From positions 310,001-374,000 of the forward strand of contig JAAOMT010000275.1 of assembly GCA_016748015.1 (NCBI GenBank): 64,000 nt of DNA, read 5' to 3'. This document shows, piece by piece, positions 13,555 through 25,149 of this stretch. The notes beneath the pieces were generated by a model that was given only the letters and a program-made list of their open reading frames with translations, did no database searches and had not been told where the DNA came from. Each line of letters starts with the position of its first letter. The stretch's first letter is position 1. Source of the stretch: Geosiphon pyriformis uo1. Lineage: Eukaryota; Fungi; Glomeromycota. The position numbers were made by a program, and so were the translations under genes.

Positions 13555-14526
13555 TGTTACCAGTAGAATTTTAGCTATTAATTAGCATAAAATTACCCTT
13601 ATAATTTCTATTATTAATTAGCATATATTATTATTATTTCAATTATCACTTATTATTTAATCAAATTATTAAATATCATTACTCAATCAATAATCCGATT
13701 TGTACTCTAAAAATTAAGATGATCAAATTACACAATACTCTGAACTATTTAGTATAGTCAAAATTCGCCGAAATTAATGAAAATTGGCCGAAATAATCAA
13801 ATAGTTCAGTAAAATAACTTGTAGTTTGTCAAAATGTATCTTTAGTTCACCCAAATTGTAGCAAAGAGAAAAGTACAAGTTCAAAGACTAGTACTATAAC
13901 AAGTTGTATAAAAAAAAAGCTTCTCTCTTCAAGAAAATGTATCTTCTCATAGTATTTTATCATAGCATCCTACTCTAGGTATCTTAATTGAAACAAATCA
14001 TTTTTTATACATCTTAAATAAAAATTAAATATTTGAAAACCAAATTCTTAAATTATTGCATTTGAAATTCCCTTAACACAACTAATGTTTTGAAATTGAT
14101 TAGCTACCAATTTCAATAAACTGTTAGTGACTCCAGGCCTGGATAGAAAACGTTTTTCTCTGATAAAATTCTATTTTTTTTATATTTTTTATATTTTTTT
14201 TTTCCTTTCTTATCATAATCATTAGGGTAGCCTACAGACAAGATTCCTGTAAAAAAGTTGACTTTTACAGCAAAATAACTACACATTTTTAGTAAGCTTC
14301 CAGATGAGCAATTCCTGAGAAAGAGTTGACATTTACTACAACATAACTATACAAGTAACTGGCAAGAAATTGGCTATTCTACTTATAAGCCCAGCAGTTC
14401 AAATTATAGAAGATAATTTGAAGATAAATTCAGTTATTGGAGGTCTAATTACTTCTAGAAAACATAAAATTAGCAAATCAAACATTAACAACATTCAAAA
14501 AAAGAGACCAAAAACCTCCAGTAACA
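13555..14526 (+). mobile_element. Solo LTR of the D family, opposite orientation to 11382-12362
   Basis: TGTTACCAG...CCAGTAACA; reverse complement of 11382-12362; TSD GCAT/GTAT; gag continues across it. Confidence 0.93.
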
Positions 14527-15159
14527 GTATAGCTGTCACAATTGTGGTAGACAAGGTCATTTGAGAATTGACTGCCATTTTTATAATAAAAACTCATGAT
14601 CAGAAAATCAATATCGAAATCTCAATTGCAAGTTTCAAACTCTGAATCAATACTCAAATTAGGATTAATACTTATTTTATTACACCCAAATAATGCAACA
14701 GCCAATTTATCAACCACCAATATATTAAGCTCTAATTTATCAGCTGACAAACCCCATTATTTATCAGCCACAGTTGCAAGTAATATACCAGCCCTAACAG
14801 ATTCAAACACTGCCACAAAACTTACCTTAAACCAGAACACAAAGGCCAAAAATAACACAACAAAACTGGAGATTGGCAATAGTTGTCCATCAACCAATTC
14901 TCAGTTCTTCCACTCAACAATCAGAAACACGCTCTTGGAATTTGGAGACTAGATACATGCAAAATCTGAATTCTCAACACTATTTAAGTATTTTGGTTAT
15001 CTCAAAAGACACCTTATCCAACTAAAACAAACACTTACCAGCAACATACCTCCAGCCACTATAACCTATGATGAATTACTAGTAGCAATCTTTTCATTTG
15101 AATTCGAGGAACTATTACAAACACCATTGTTCAGTAGAGCCATGCTCAAAGAGAAACCT

Positions 15160-15540
15160 ATTACTGCTATGTACACTAATGTTAAAGTTAATGGTCAGGC
15201 CATAAAACTAATCCTAAATAATGGTTCAATAGGCAGCATTATTACATAACAATTCATAGACCAATTAGATTGCCGAGTTGATTGAGCTGTCAGCACAAGA
15301 ATAATTACAGCTAATAGAGCCACCAAGACACCAATTGGTGAAATAGATAACTTATCCATCAAAATCAATGACATTATCACTTCTATCAAAGTCTTGATAA
15401 TAGAAGCAACACAATACTAAGCACTAGTTGGCAATGATTGGTTGTTCAAAACCAATGCCATGCTTGATTGGACCATGCAAGAGCTCCAACTCAGTATAAA
15501 CAGTCAGCACACACATGTACCAGCCATGTATGACCACTTT
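15160..15540 (+). pseudogene. Retropepsin aspartic protease of element A
   Basis: NGQAIKLILNNGSIGSII is a decayed LDSG active-site motif; downstream ALVGNDWL-type motif. Confidence 0.88.
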
Positions 15541-15883
15541 CGAATAAACACAACAACCATACTACTAATAGAACTCAAGAAAGAAAAAAAAACCTACTTG
15601 GAAAGCCTATTAAGTCTCATGGACTGACACTGATCACAACAAACTGCCACTAGTACTATCCTGGAACAACAATAAAAAGGAAAAGCAAAAAGAAGAACTT
15701 ACCAAAAATATTAACCAAATATGGCAGACTGATGATGATGGCACTGAACTAACACCAACTTAGGAGTGAAAAAAGAATAACAAAGGAAAAGAAAAAAAGA
15801 AGGAAGAAGAGCCAATACCAACCACTACTGCCATTTATACATCATACACTTATACTCCAATACAACCATCTAACTATCACTAA

Positions 15884-16510
15884 CCGAAACTGGTATGCAT
15901 TGATTGTGGTAAAAAATTGTTGTCAATGGGCATGTGCTGTGACAATAATGAAGAATACTCTATGGCAACTAAATTCTACTGCTGCCCATGCATCCTAGAA
16001 TGCTTTAGAAGACCAAAATGGCAAAAAAAATGGGACAATAAATCTTGTTTTGTTTGTGGAAAAACCCTATTAAACAAAAAAATGTGAAATGACATTTCTG
16101 GATGAGGAAAAATCTGTGACAAATTGTGTCAATACACAATTCTAATTAGTAACTGGGTAAGAAAAGGGAATCCCATAGAAGCTGCTTGGAGAAGAGCAGT
16201 AAAATGTCTAGATGGTTGTTCATATGACAATGACAAAATCTGGCAAATGGCACTTGTCAAAATTAAAAAAGCATCACCAGAAGAAATAAAAATGATTAAA
16301 AACAATTCACCAGAATCCATAAAACTTGACTGGAGCCCAAACTCAGATATTATCCTAGAGCCTATGGACCCAGAACAATTTCACAAGCACTACTAAGAAT
16401 TAGTATCTACTTGAGAAGAACAAGAGCAATGGTTGGAAGAAATAAACACCCAACTATGTAACTATTGTTTAATTTTCTGTAACTTCCAATATTGTAATGA
16501 GTATGACCTC
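15884..16510 (+). pseudogene. Cys-rich (multi-CxxC) domain of unknown function within pol of element A
   Basis: PKLVCIDCGKKLLSMG...FYCCPC...WDNKSCFVCG...ICDKLCQY...LCNYCLIFCNFQYCNE; homologs occur in B, D and E. Confidence 0.8.
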
Positions 16511-16769
16511 ATTTACAATCTATTACCATGCATAATCTACACAATCCAGAAAAAAGAAGAACCAATCAGCAACTGTGTATCAGAATTGGAATCAATTTTC
16601 AATCTTGATTCAAACTTTGACAACAATGACAACAAAAACAATAGTTCTAGCTCTATGCAAACTGGCAATGCCAACAACAATGATTCAGACTTAGATTTAA
16701 ACTCCAAACAATATATTGCACTCCCTGATCTCATTAAGAAGCAAACTCTGAAATGGTTCAATGATAATA

Positions 16770-17180
16770 ATGAAGGCATTTTGCCTAAATGTGCACATAA
16801 TACAGATGCAGAGTTTAATCTAAGATATCTGAGAAAAAATACCATTAAATTAAAATCATATTTATACATCTGTATTAATTTCAAAATAGCATTAGAAATC
16901 TTAGTAACAACAATGGTTCAACTAGCATCTAGAAGTAGCTTAGCAAAAAAAAGAATCAACATCAGAGGAGGAATAATTGATGCAGAATATATGAGAAATA
17001 TTATTGCAATGCTACAAAATGACTCAAAAAAAGCTTATATCATAGAGCCAAATGAAAACATAGCACAAACAATATTCTTGCCTCTGGTTAAAATAGCTCA
17101 ATTAGTATTAGTAAGAAACAGGGAAGAATTAGAGATTACAGTTAGAGAGATACAGGGTTTCAAATCAACAGATAGAATAA
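16770..17180 (+). pseudogene. dUTPase domain of element A
   Basis: Within ORF 16433-17803: AHNTDAEFNL, QLASRSS, GGIIDAEY, NIAQ and REIQGFKSTD correspond to the five trimeric dUTPase motifs, with G>A damage. Confidence 0.93.
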
Positions 17181-17739
17181 ATGTACCAGTTAATATGGCA
17201 GAGAAAAAAATTATTAACAAGAGAAAAATTATCTCCACTTGTCAATCAATTTCCATTTCACCATATAATCAGTACATGTTAGTCATAGAAAGGAAAGTGA
17301 AGGATCAGATACAGATTTTTGAAGCAGAAGCAACACTTTGTGAATCAGAAAAAATTGGATTAGTCAATCTACACATACCAGTCAAGAACCACAGTTACAT
17401 CAAAATTTCTATTTACAACAACATGGGAAACACCATTAAGATACCAGAAGGAACAACCATTGGATATTTAACTACTGAAATTAAAAACCAACTGCCAAAC
17501 ACCATTCCAGACTTTTCACAACTGTGTGAATATGTAAATATCACATCTCAAACAATATACAAACAAAAAGAATGTTATCTGCTTCAATCAGAACAATTGG
17601 AACAGATGAACTTAGAAAATCTAGACCTACTACAATATATGCAGCTCAAGATGTTACTTAACAACTTCAATGACATCTTTGCCAGCAAAAATGAATTTGG
17701 CAGAATAGACATAATTCAGCATCAGATCAAGACTAGAGA

Positions 17740-19000
17740 TACAATGCTAATTAAACAAAAAGCATACAGAGTACCACCAGTCAGCCATGAGATCATTCAT
17801 TAAGAAATCAATTAGATGCTTAACAATGGGCTAATTCAGCCATCAATGAGTCCATGGTTATCACCAGTAGTACTTGTTCATAAGAAAAATGGAAAAATCC
17901 ACTTTTGTGTAGATTACCGAAAACTGAATAAAGTAACCAAAGGAGATAGCTATCTAACACCAAAAATCCAAAAGCTGTTCGACACTTTTGAAGGAAAAAA
18001 ATGGTTTTCAACTTTAGATTTAGACAGTGATTATTGGCAAGTAGCCATGAACTCAAAAGACAAAAAGAAAATGGCTTTTACAACTCAAAAAAAAATTTTG
18101 AATTTGAAGTTATACTATTTGGCTTGATGAATGCTCTGGCCATATTTTAATGATTTATGAAAATTGTTTATACTGGATTACTATAGAAATCAGTAGTTGT
18201 ATATCTAAATAACACTAATGTATTCTCCAAAACATTTAATGATTATTTACATTATTTTTAACAAGTATTTGAAAGACTAAGAAGAGCTGGATTAAAATTA
18301 AATACAACCAAGTGTTTCTTTGGAAAAACTGAATTCAAGTTTTTGAGACATGTCATGAGCAAAGATGGAATCAAAACAGATCCAGACAAAATTAAGATAG
18401 TTAAGAACTTTCCAGTACCTACTAACTTAACAAAACTACGAGCATTCTTAGGATTTGCAGATTACTACTGCCATTTTATCAAAGACTTTTCCAAACTGGC
18501 TTAGCCATTATACCAGCTTCAAACAAAGAACACCAGATATGAATAGACAGAAACTCAGCAAGAAGCTTTTGATACATTAAGAAAAAAGCTTATTTAAGCT
18601 CCAGTACTGATCTATTCAGATCATAACAAGCTATTTATAATTACAACAGATGCATTTGGTCAAGCATTAGAAGCAGTACTATCTCAGAAAAGACCGAATA
18701 GATAAGAATATCTAGTAACTTATGCCAGCAGAAGCTTAAGTCCAGTTAAAAAGAACTATAAAACTCCAACACTAGAACACTTAGCTATTTATTGGGTTGT
18801 TATCAAATGGAAAAAATATTTGAGTCAAAAGTTTGATGTGTACACTAATCACAAAGAATTAACCTCAATTCAGAAACAAAAATTTGGAGATGATTGCTAT
18901 GCCAGATAGAAAATAAAACTTTCATTATTTAATTATACAATACATTATAAAAAGAGAAAAAAAACAGAAATGCTGATGGCTTGTCATGAATGAAACAAAT
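17740..19000 (+). pseudogene. Reverse transcriptase and RNase H of element A
   Basis: PSMSPWLSPVVLVHKKNGKIHFCVDYRKLN and FSTLDLDSDYWQV; YLDD decayed to YLNN at about 18202; RNase H TTDA-GQALEAVLSQ. Confidence 0.95.
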
Positions 19001-19034
19001 CTAAAAACATTTTACCCCAAAAATACAACAAAAG

Positions 19035-20290
19035 ATGAATGCACAAAAATATCAACAACTCCAGCACTATATAAATACTCAACAGTTTAAGGAAAAATTA
19101 TATCAAAAAGAACAAAACAACATAAAACAACAAGCAAAATATTTTATCAATCATCAAAATATACTTTACCAAAAAAACAAAAAAAATCCAGATCAACCAA
19201 CCAGAGTAATTACAAAATCAGAGAAAAAAACAATATTATTCAACATGCACTCTGATCCAACAGCAGGACATTTTCACAAAGAAACAACCATAGAAAGAAT
19301 CAAAAAAAGATATTATTGGCCATTAATGTATTCAGATATTATCCAATATGTTCAAAACTGTGATGCTTGTCAGAGAAGAAGAGAAACAAGATTCAGTAAA
19401 TCATTAAGACCAACCAAAATGGGACAACCATTTGATCACATTGGAATTGACTTAGTCAGACCATTAACAATAATCAGCAGAGGCAACAGATATATTGCAG
19501 TAGTCATAAACTATCTTACAAAACGGCCAAAAGCAAAAACCATTCAAAGAGCAGATATAGAAGCCATTGCCAAATTTGTTCATCAAAATGTAATCTGTTA
19601 ATATGGTTGTCCAAAAAAACTATTATCAGATCAAGGAACTTACTTTGTGAATAGAACATTGGCAGAATTAAGTTAAAGATTTGGGATAAAAAAACTATTA
19701 TCATTATCATACCATTTACAAACAAATGGGTTAGTTAAAAGATTTAACAAAACATTGTGTAAAGCAATTGTCAAAATCAGCCAAGAAAACCAGGATGAAT
19801 GGGATTTGTTTATACTATCAGTATTATTTGCTTATCAGACAATAAAGCAAGATACTACACAAACAACACTATTTGAATTAGTATATGGTAGAACAGCAAC
19901 ATTACCAGTTGAGATGAAAGTTAAAACATATTCAACAGAACCAATAACAGAGGAAAATTTCCAAAGAACATTGTTGAAAAGAACATATGATTTAATAGAG
20001 ACACTAGAAAACAAATGGCAAAGAACAGCTGATAACATCCAAAAGTCACAAGAAAAACAAAAAAAAAGACATGATAACCAACTATTAGATAAACCAGTTG
20101 AATTCAAGATTGGAGACAAAGTATTTCTACATCATACCAAAGCGAAAAAACAATGGAGTAGAAAATTTGACTCCAAATGAAATGGACCATTTTACATAGA
20201 AAAAATTTTAGAAAATAAAGCTTATAAATTAAGATTGAACAACAAAATCTTAATCAAAACAGCACATAGAGATCGACTGAAAGTATATCA
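19035..20290 (+). pseudogene. Integrase of element A
   Basis: HHCC zinc domain (HSDPTAGH...CDAC), core PFDHIGIDLV and SDQGT, C-terminal GPF motif; no chromodomain seen. Confidence 0.95.
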
Positions 20291-20405
20291 AAACATGACA
20301 TTAGCATTTACCAGTAATATTTCACAACTGGGAGCACAAAAAATACTAATTCAACCAGAAGAGATTTCATGAGATTTGGAACCAATTATAATTATTAAAC
20401 CAAAC

Positions 20406-21108
20406 ATGTTAAATTAAACAACCAAAAGAGTATATAAAGACACAGTATACATGACAAAAGCAACAAAAAAAAATAGAAATACCAGACCATATTCACATTT
20501 TAGCTTAACAATTGTTTTAGGCTTTAAGTTAACAACAAATAAACATGAAAATTATCATCAACAACCAAACAATCTGTTATTAAAACACCAAATAAAAAGG
20601 AAAAAGTACACTATATTAGTGACTACAGAAACAATCAATAAACTGGTCAAATAAAATAGTAGAAAAAGTAAAGAACACTTTTGGAAAAATAACTATTATC
20701 ACTTCAACAGAAGAACTGATGAAAGAAAATTGGAACCAATGGATAAACCAACTTCCAATACCATACTGCTACTATCAATTAGGACAAAAAGTAGATATTC
20801 AAAAGTTATATCTTAACAAATCCAAGAGAATCTTTAATCAAGAGATAATCTGGAACATTGAAGACATTATTGAAAAGAAAACAAACTTGACACTACACAT
20901 TAGGACCATTTATTAACTACACACTATATTTCAAAACTATCCAGAAATATTGTTACACTCTGACATGGAAACAATAACTATCAACTAATAGGGAAGAATG
21001 AACAATTCACAAATTGAAAAAATAAAGAGTAGGGTAGAACAGATGTTATTTGAAAAAGAAGTATTTAACATAATTCAAAATAAGGATTTTGACAAAGCTC
21101 AATATTAA
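20406..21108 (+). pseudogene. Accessory ORF3 of element A (env position, about 230 aa, unknown function)
   Basis: Includes ORF 20719-20916 (KENWNQWINQLPIPYCYYQLGQ...IRTIY). Ends DKAQY* with the stop overlapping the PPT. Protein-level homology to B 1721-2419. Confidence 0.78.
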
Positions 21109-21121
21109 AAGGAGGAGATAA

Positions 21122-21969
21122 TATTACTCATAAAAAAAAACAGATATAAAAAAATAGTAGACCAATAAGAAAGTAGTAGTCAATATGTAAGCACATTGCT
21201 CAGCAATGTGGAGCAATGTTAAAAAATTAGGACATATTGCTTAACAATAAGAGCATTGCTCAAGAAATTATAACACATTACTTAAGAATATAAGCAATCT
21301 CATAGAACATAAATTAGGTATATATAACAGTAGCATTAGAAACAAAAAAAACAGACTTTTTAGTTTAGATTTGATCTAAACAATCTTATATATTACAAAT
21401 ATCAATAAATAATTATTCAATATCTCAAATCTACTTCTCACTATTAACATTTTATGTTAATAGTAATTGATACTTAACTATACCAGAACAATAGCTCTTA
21501 ATCATGGCTATTGACGGGATATTAACATTTATTGTCTTGGCTTATTTCTTTATTTTCTTTTATTTTATTTTTTTTGTTTTGTTATTTTTGGTTGTGTACT
21601 AATTAATTAAAGAATTAAAGTGCTGAGTTACTGACATCAGAATATAGTATTGGTAAAAGACCCAGGAATAAGAATAGACACTCAGATTTAAGAATAGCTT
21701 ACCAAGAGATTGCCAGCCACCACATCAAGAAAAAAATTGATAGAATTGTGATTCTGGGAAGTGATAGACAACAATTATTTAATCTGTAGATTGACATTAG
21801 AAACACCATTTAAAGAAAATCACATTGAAATCTCTGTTTATTATACAAAGAACTTAATCAAAACCTTCAGATACAGTTAACTTTTAGAAATTAACATATC
21901 AGTCATCAATTGAGCACCAAGTTATGGATTTGTTATTTGCTTTAAGACTTCAAATTATTACCTATAACA
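21122..21969 (+). repeat. 3' LTR of element A
   Basis: Direct repeat of 9979-10859; preceded by the PPT, ends TAACA, followed by TSD CTGT. Confidence 0.93.
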
Positions 21970-22674
21970 CTGTTGCTTCTCAAAATTGCAATTTTATCAA
22001 ATTTTTTTTCTTAGTGTAATAGCTGGTAATCTTTCTAATAAGCTATTCTCAATCCTTGAGTGTTTTACCCTTATTTCTAGGTTTTTTACTAGTCACTTTG
22101 ACATCAATAACTCTGTATGTTTAATTTTTAATCAATTAGTAAATAATAAACAAAACAAAATAAAACAACACAAAATAAATAATTAAGCCAAGGCAAGAAA
22201 AAATTAGTATTTTGTCAATAGCTATGATTAAGAGCTATTGGTCCAGTATAGTTAAGTATTAGTAATTATCAACATGAGCTTGTTAATAGCAAAAAGATAG
22301 ATTATAATGATAATAAGTATTTTATTAATATTTAATGTTTTCACTTCAAGTTATAAATTACTATTATATAAAAAAATGGATAAGAATTGGAACTGGAGAT
22401 TCTAATCTAATGATTCTGTTCTTTCTGCTTTTAATGCTACTGCTATATATACATAAATTTCATTATACAAGATTTCTTGAATTCCTCAATTTTTTAGCCA
22501 GAAATCTTAGAATTCCTGGAATTCTGTAATTTCTTGAAAGAAATTCTGGAATTCTGCAATTCTGCAATTCTTTATACTAAAATTCTGTAATTCTGAAATT
22601 CTGCTTTTACTGTATTTTATTCTGATTGGCTAATTTGTATACTAATATATAATTTCTATATTCTATAAGTAACA

Positions 22675-22935
22675 ACAGCAAAGTAACTATACATTTTTAG
22701 TAAGCTTCTAAACAAACAATTTTTAGAAAAAAATTGATGTTTACTACAATATAACTATACAAAATAACTGACATAAAATTGGTTATTCTACTTATAAGCT
22801 TAGTAATTTAAATTATAAGAGATAATTTAAAGATAAATTTAGTTATTAAAGATTCAATTACTTTTAAAAAACATAAATTTGCAACAAATAGATATTAACA
22901 ATATTTAAAAAAAAAACCAAAAACCTTCAGTAACA
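22675..22935 (+). mobile_element. Truncated D-family LTR (last ~260 bp only)
   Basis: Matches 14267-14526 and ends CAGTAACA; its upstream part is missing at the B LTR junction. Confidence 0.85.
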
Positions 22936-24179
22936 ATATACATAGATTACAAAAGTAGAAAAAGCAATTACAGTTAATAACTAAAATAAGGCCAAAACAA
23001 TTTAAGTTCTATCTTTTTTTTAATTAGAACTGCAAATTCATGATACTAAAGTTTTGATAAAAAACTAACTAACTTTGCTACTTTTAAACTTGTTTTTTTA
23101 TAGTATTTTTGTGATCTAAATACATTTATTAAACTATAAAATCAATTTAATATAATAAAACAAAAAGATTATGAAGTTGTAACTACTATTACTGGAGGTT
23201 TTTGGTCTTTTTTCTTGAATGTTGTTAATGTTTGTTTGTTGTTAATTCGCATTTTTTGAAAGCTAGTAAATCTTCAATAACTGAATTTATCTTCAAATTA
23301 ACTTCTATAATTTGAATTACTGAGCTTATAAATAAAATAACCAATTTTGTGCCAGTTACTTTATGTAGTTATATTATAGTAAATGTCAACTTTTTCTTAA
23401 GAATTGCTTGTCTGAAAGCTTACAAAAAATATGTAGTTACTTTGCTATAAAAGTCAACTTTTCTACAGAAATCTTGTCTGTAGGCTACCTTAATAATAAT
23501 AATAATAAAAATAAAAAAAAATAAAAAAAATATAAAAGATATAGAATTTTGTCAAGGAAAACGTTTTCTATTCAGACCTGAAGTTACTAACAGATTACTG
23601 AAATTGGCAGCTAATTAATTTTAAAACATTAATTGGGTTTTGGGAATTTCAAGTATAATAATTAAAAATTTTGGGTTTTTGAATATTTTATTTTTTTTAT
23701 TTTATTTTTGCAGAAGTGTGTAAGAGATAATTGCTTTTAATTAAGATATTTAAAGTAAGATAAAATACGTTTTTTTGAAGAGAAAAGCTTTTTTTTTATA
23801 CAACTTGTTATAGTACTAGTTTATAAACTTGAACTTTTTTCTTTATTATGATTTTAATAAACTAAAGATATGTTTTAGTGAATTACAAGTTATTTCTATA
23901 AACTATTGATTATTTTGGTAAACTATCAATTATTTTGGTAAATTTTAGCAAATTTTAGCAAATTCTTGAATATTAAATAATTCAAAATATTGTGTAATTT
24001 GATCATCTTAATTTTTATAATACAAATCGGATTATTAATTAAATAGTAATATTTGATAATTTGATTAAATAATAAGTGATAATTGAAGTGATTATTAATA
24101 TATGCTAATTAATGATAAGGTAATTTTATGCTAGTTAATAGCTAATATTCTACTGGTAACATAATCTTTTCCTCAAGAC

Positions 24180-24975
24180 TAAGCTCTATTAAAGTTTAAG
24201 CACTAGCTGTAATATTAAGATAGTATTCAAAATAATCGTGATGATTTGGTCTGAAAATTGTTGAAATTTCAGTTTTGTAAGTTTGTCAATATATTGAATC
24301 TTTATTGGTTAGAGTATTGGATTTTGTAGAATATTTTTACAAGTATTGAATAAGTTGTAGAGTTTAAGTACTGCTCTAAGTTTGTAGCAAGTGTTTATTG
24401 GTTTAGCTGTTGTCTTAAATTCATTGTGAATTTGTTTTTATATAGTTTCTGAAGTGAGATTTGTTGCTGCAAATTCCAATTTTCGTTTATAAAATGTTCT
24501 TCCAATATAAAAATAACTATATATAAGAGTATGTTCATTATTTTGTTCATTAAAATACTGTAGAAGTTTTTGTTGTGTTGTGATATTTGGTAAAATGTCA
24601 ATAAAAGCAAATAAAAAGTTTTCTTTTAATGCTTGCTTTAAAAGTTTTGGTAATTGAATTCCAGAATAATTTCTTGTGTTTTTTCTATAAGGGTGGTAAT
24701 TTTGCAAATTGTTTACTATTGAGACTGTGGTTTTTTTCTAAATGTAATTAATTTAACTTCTATTAATTGTTATGGATAAGTCAAAAATGTTTTCAAGACT
24801 AACATTAATTTTTAGAATATTTGTTGAATGTTTCAGAGAATAAGCATTATAAAATTTGAATAAATAAAAATTTTGTTATAAAGAAAAAAATAAAGAAAGA
24901 ATTATTTTGAGTATAGAGATTTTATATATTTTTGGTTTGGATTTTTGTTAATTATTTTCTATTTATGTTTAACAT
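24180..24975 (-). pseudogene. Accessory ORF3-like region of element D
   Basis: ORF 24438-24707 and its continuation (IYSYFYIGR...LRAVLKLYNLFNTCKNILQNP) resemble CYYQLGQ...IRTIYQLHTIFQNYPEILLH of A. Boundaries are approximate. Confidence 0.55.
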
Positions 24976-25149
24976 TTCTATGTTATTTGGAGTAAATACT
25001 AATATAATTAATAAATTAAATGTTTAAATTTAGTTGTTGTTCTATTACAATTATTGGTTCTAAGTTTTGGAAAATATCTTTAGGATTAATTAATGGAAAG
25101 TGTGTATCAATTTGTAGAATTAATAGTTTAAAATTATTTTTGGAATAAT

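Larger units (their letters stand above)
10900..14580 (+). pseudogene. gag of element A, split by two solo LTRs
   Basis: ORF 13039-13467 is a retrotransposon gag core (IRQRETETVTTYLECF...ILNQFICEL...TLQDTVTNARDFE). The knuckle CHNCGRQGHLRIDC resumes at 14534 after the second solo LTR. Confidence 0.9.
9979..21969 (+). mobile_element. Ty3/Gypsy LTR retrotransposon A (full length, decayed, dUTPase-bearing) inserted in the 5' LTR of B
   Basis: LTRs at 9979-10859 and 21122-21969; TSD CTGT at 9975-9978 and 21970-21973; PBS 10862-10878; PPT AAAAGGAGGAGATA at 21107-21120. The flanks rejoin into a B-type LTR. Confidence 0.95.
844..22674 (-). mobile_element. Ty3/Gypsy LTR retrotransposon B (decayed, dUTPase-bearing); its 5' LTR is interrupted by element A
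   Basis: LTRs at 844-1707 and at 9819-9978 plus 21974-22674. PBS 9800-9816, PPT about 1709-1722. Internal gag, zinc knuckle, PR, dUTPase, RT, RH and IN remnants lie on the minus strand. Confidence 0.92.

Noticed and set aside
11382-14526. DNA transposon with 1-kb TIRs
   Set aside because: Each arm is a solo LTR with its own TSD and matches the LTRs of element D.
16537-20119. Antisense ORFs over pol (16537-16884, 17820-18056, 19516-19725, 19835-20119)
   Set aside because: They are shadow frames of the pol coding strand.
20406-21108. ORF3 as a retroviral-type envelope gene
   Set aside because: It is too short, and no signal peptide, furin site or TM anchor is visible in A or B.
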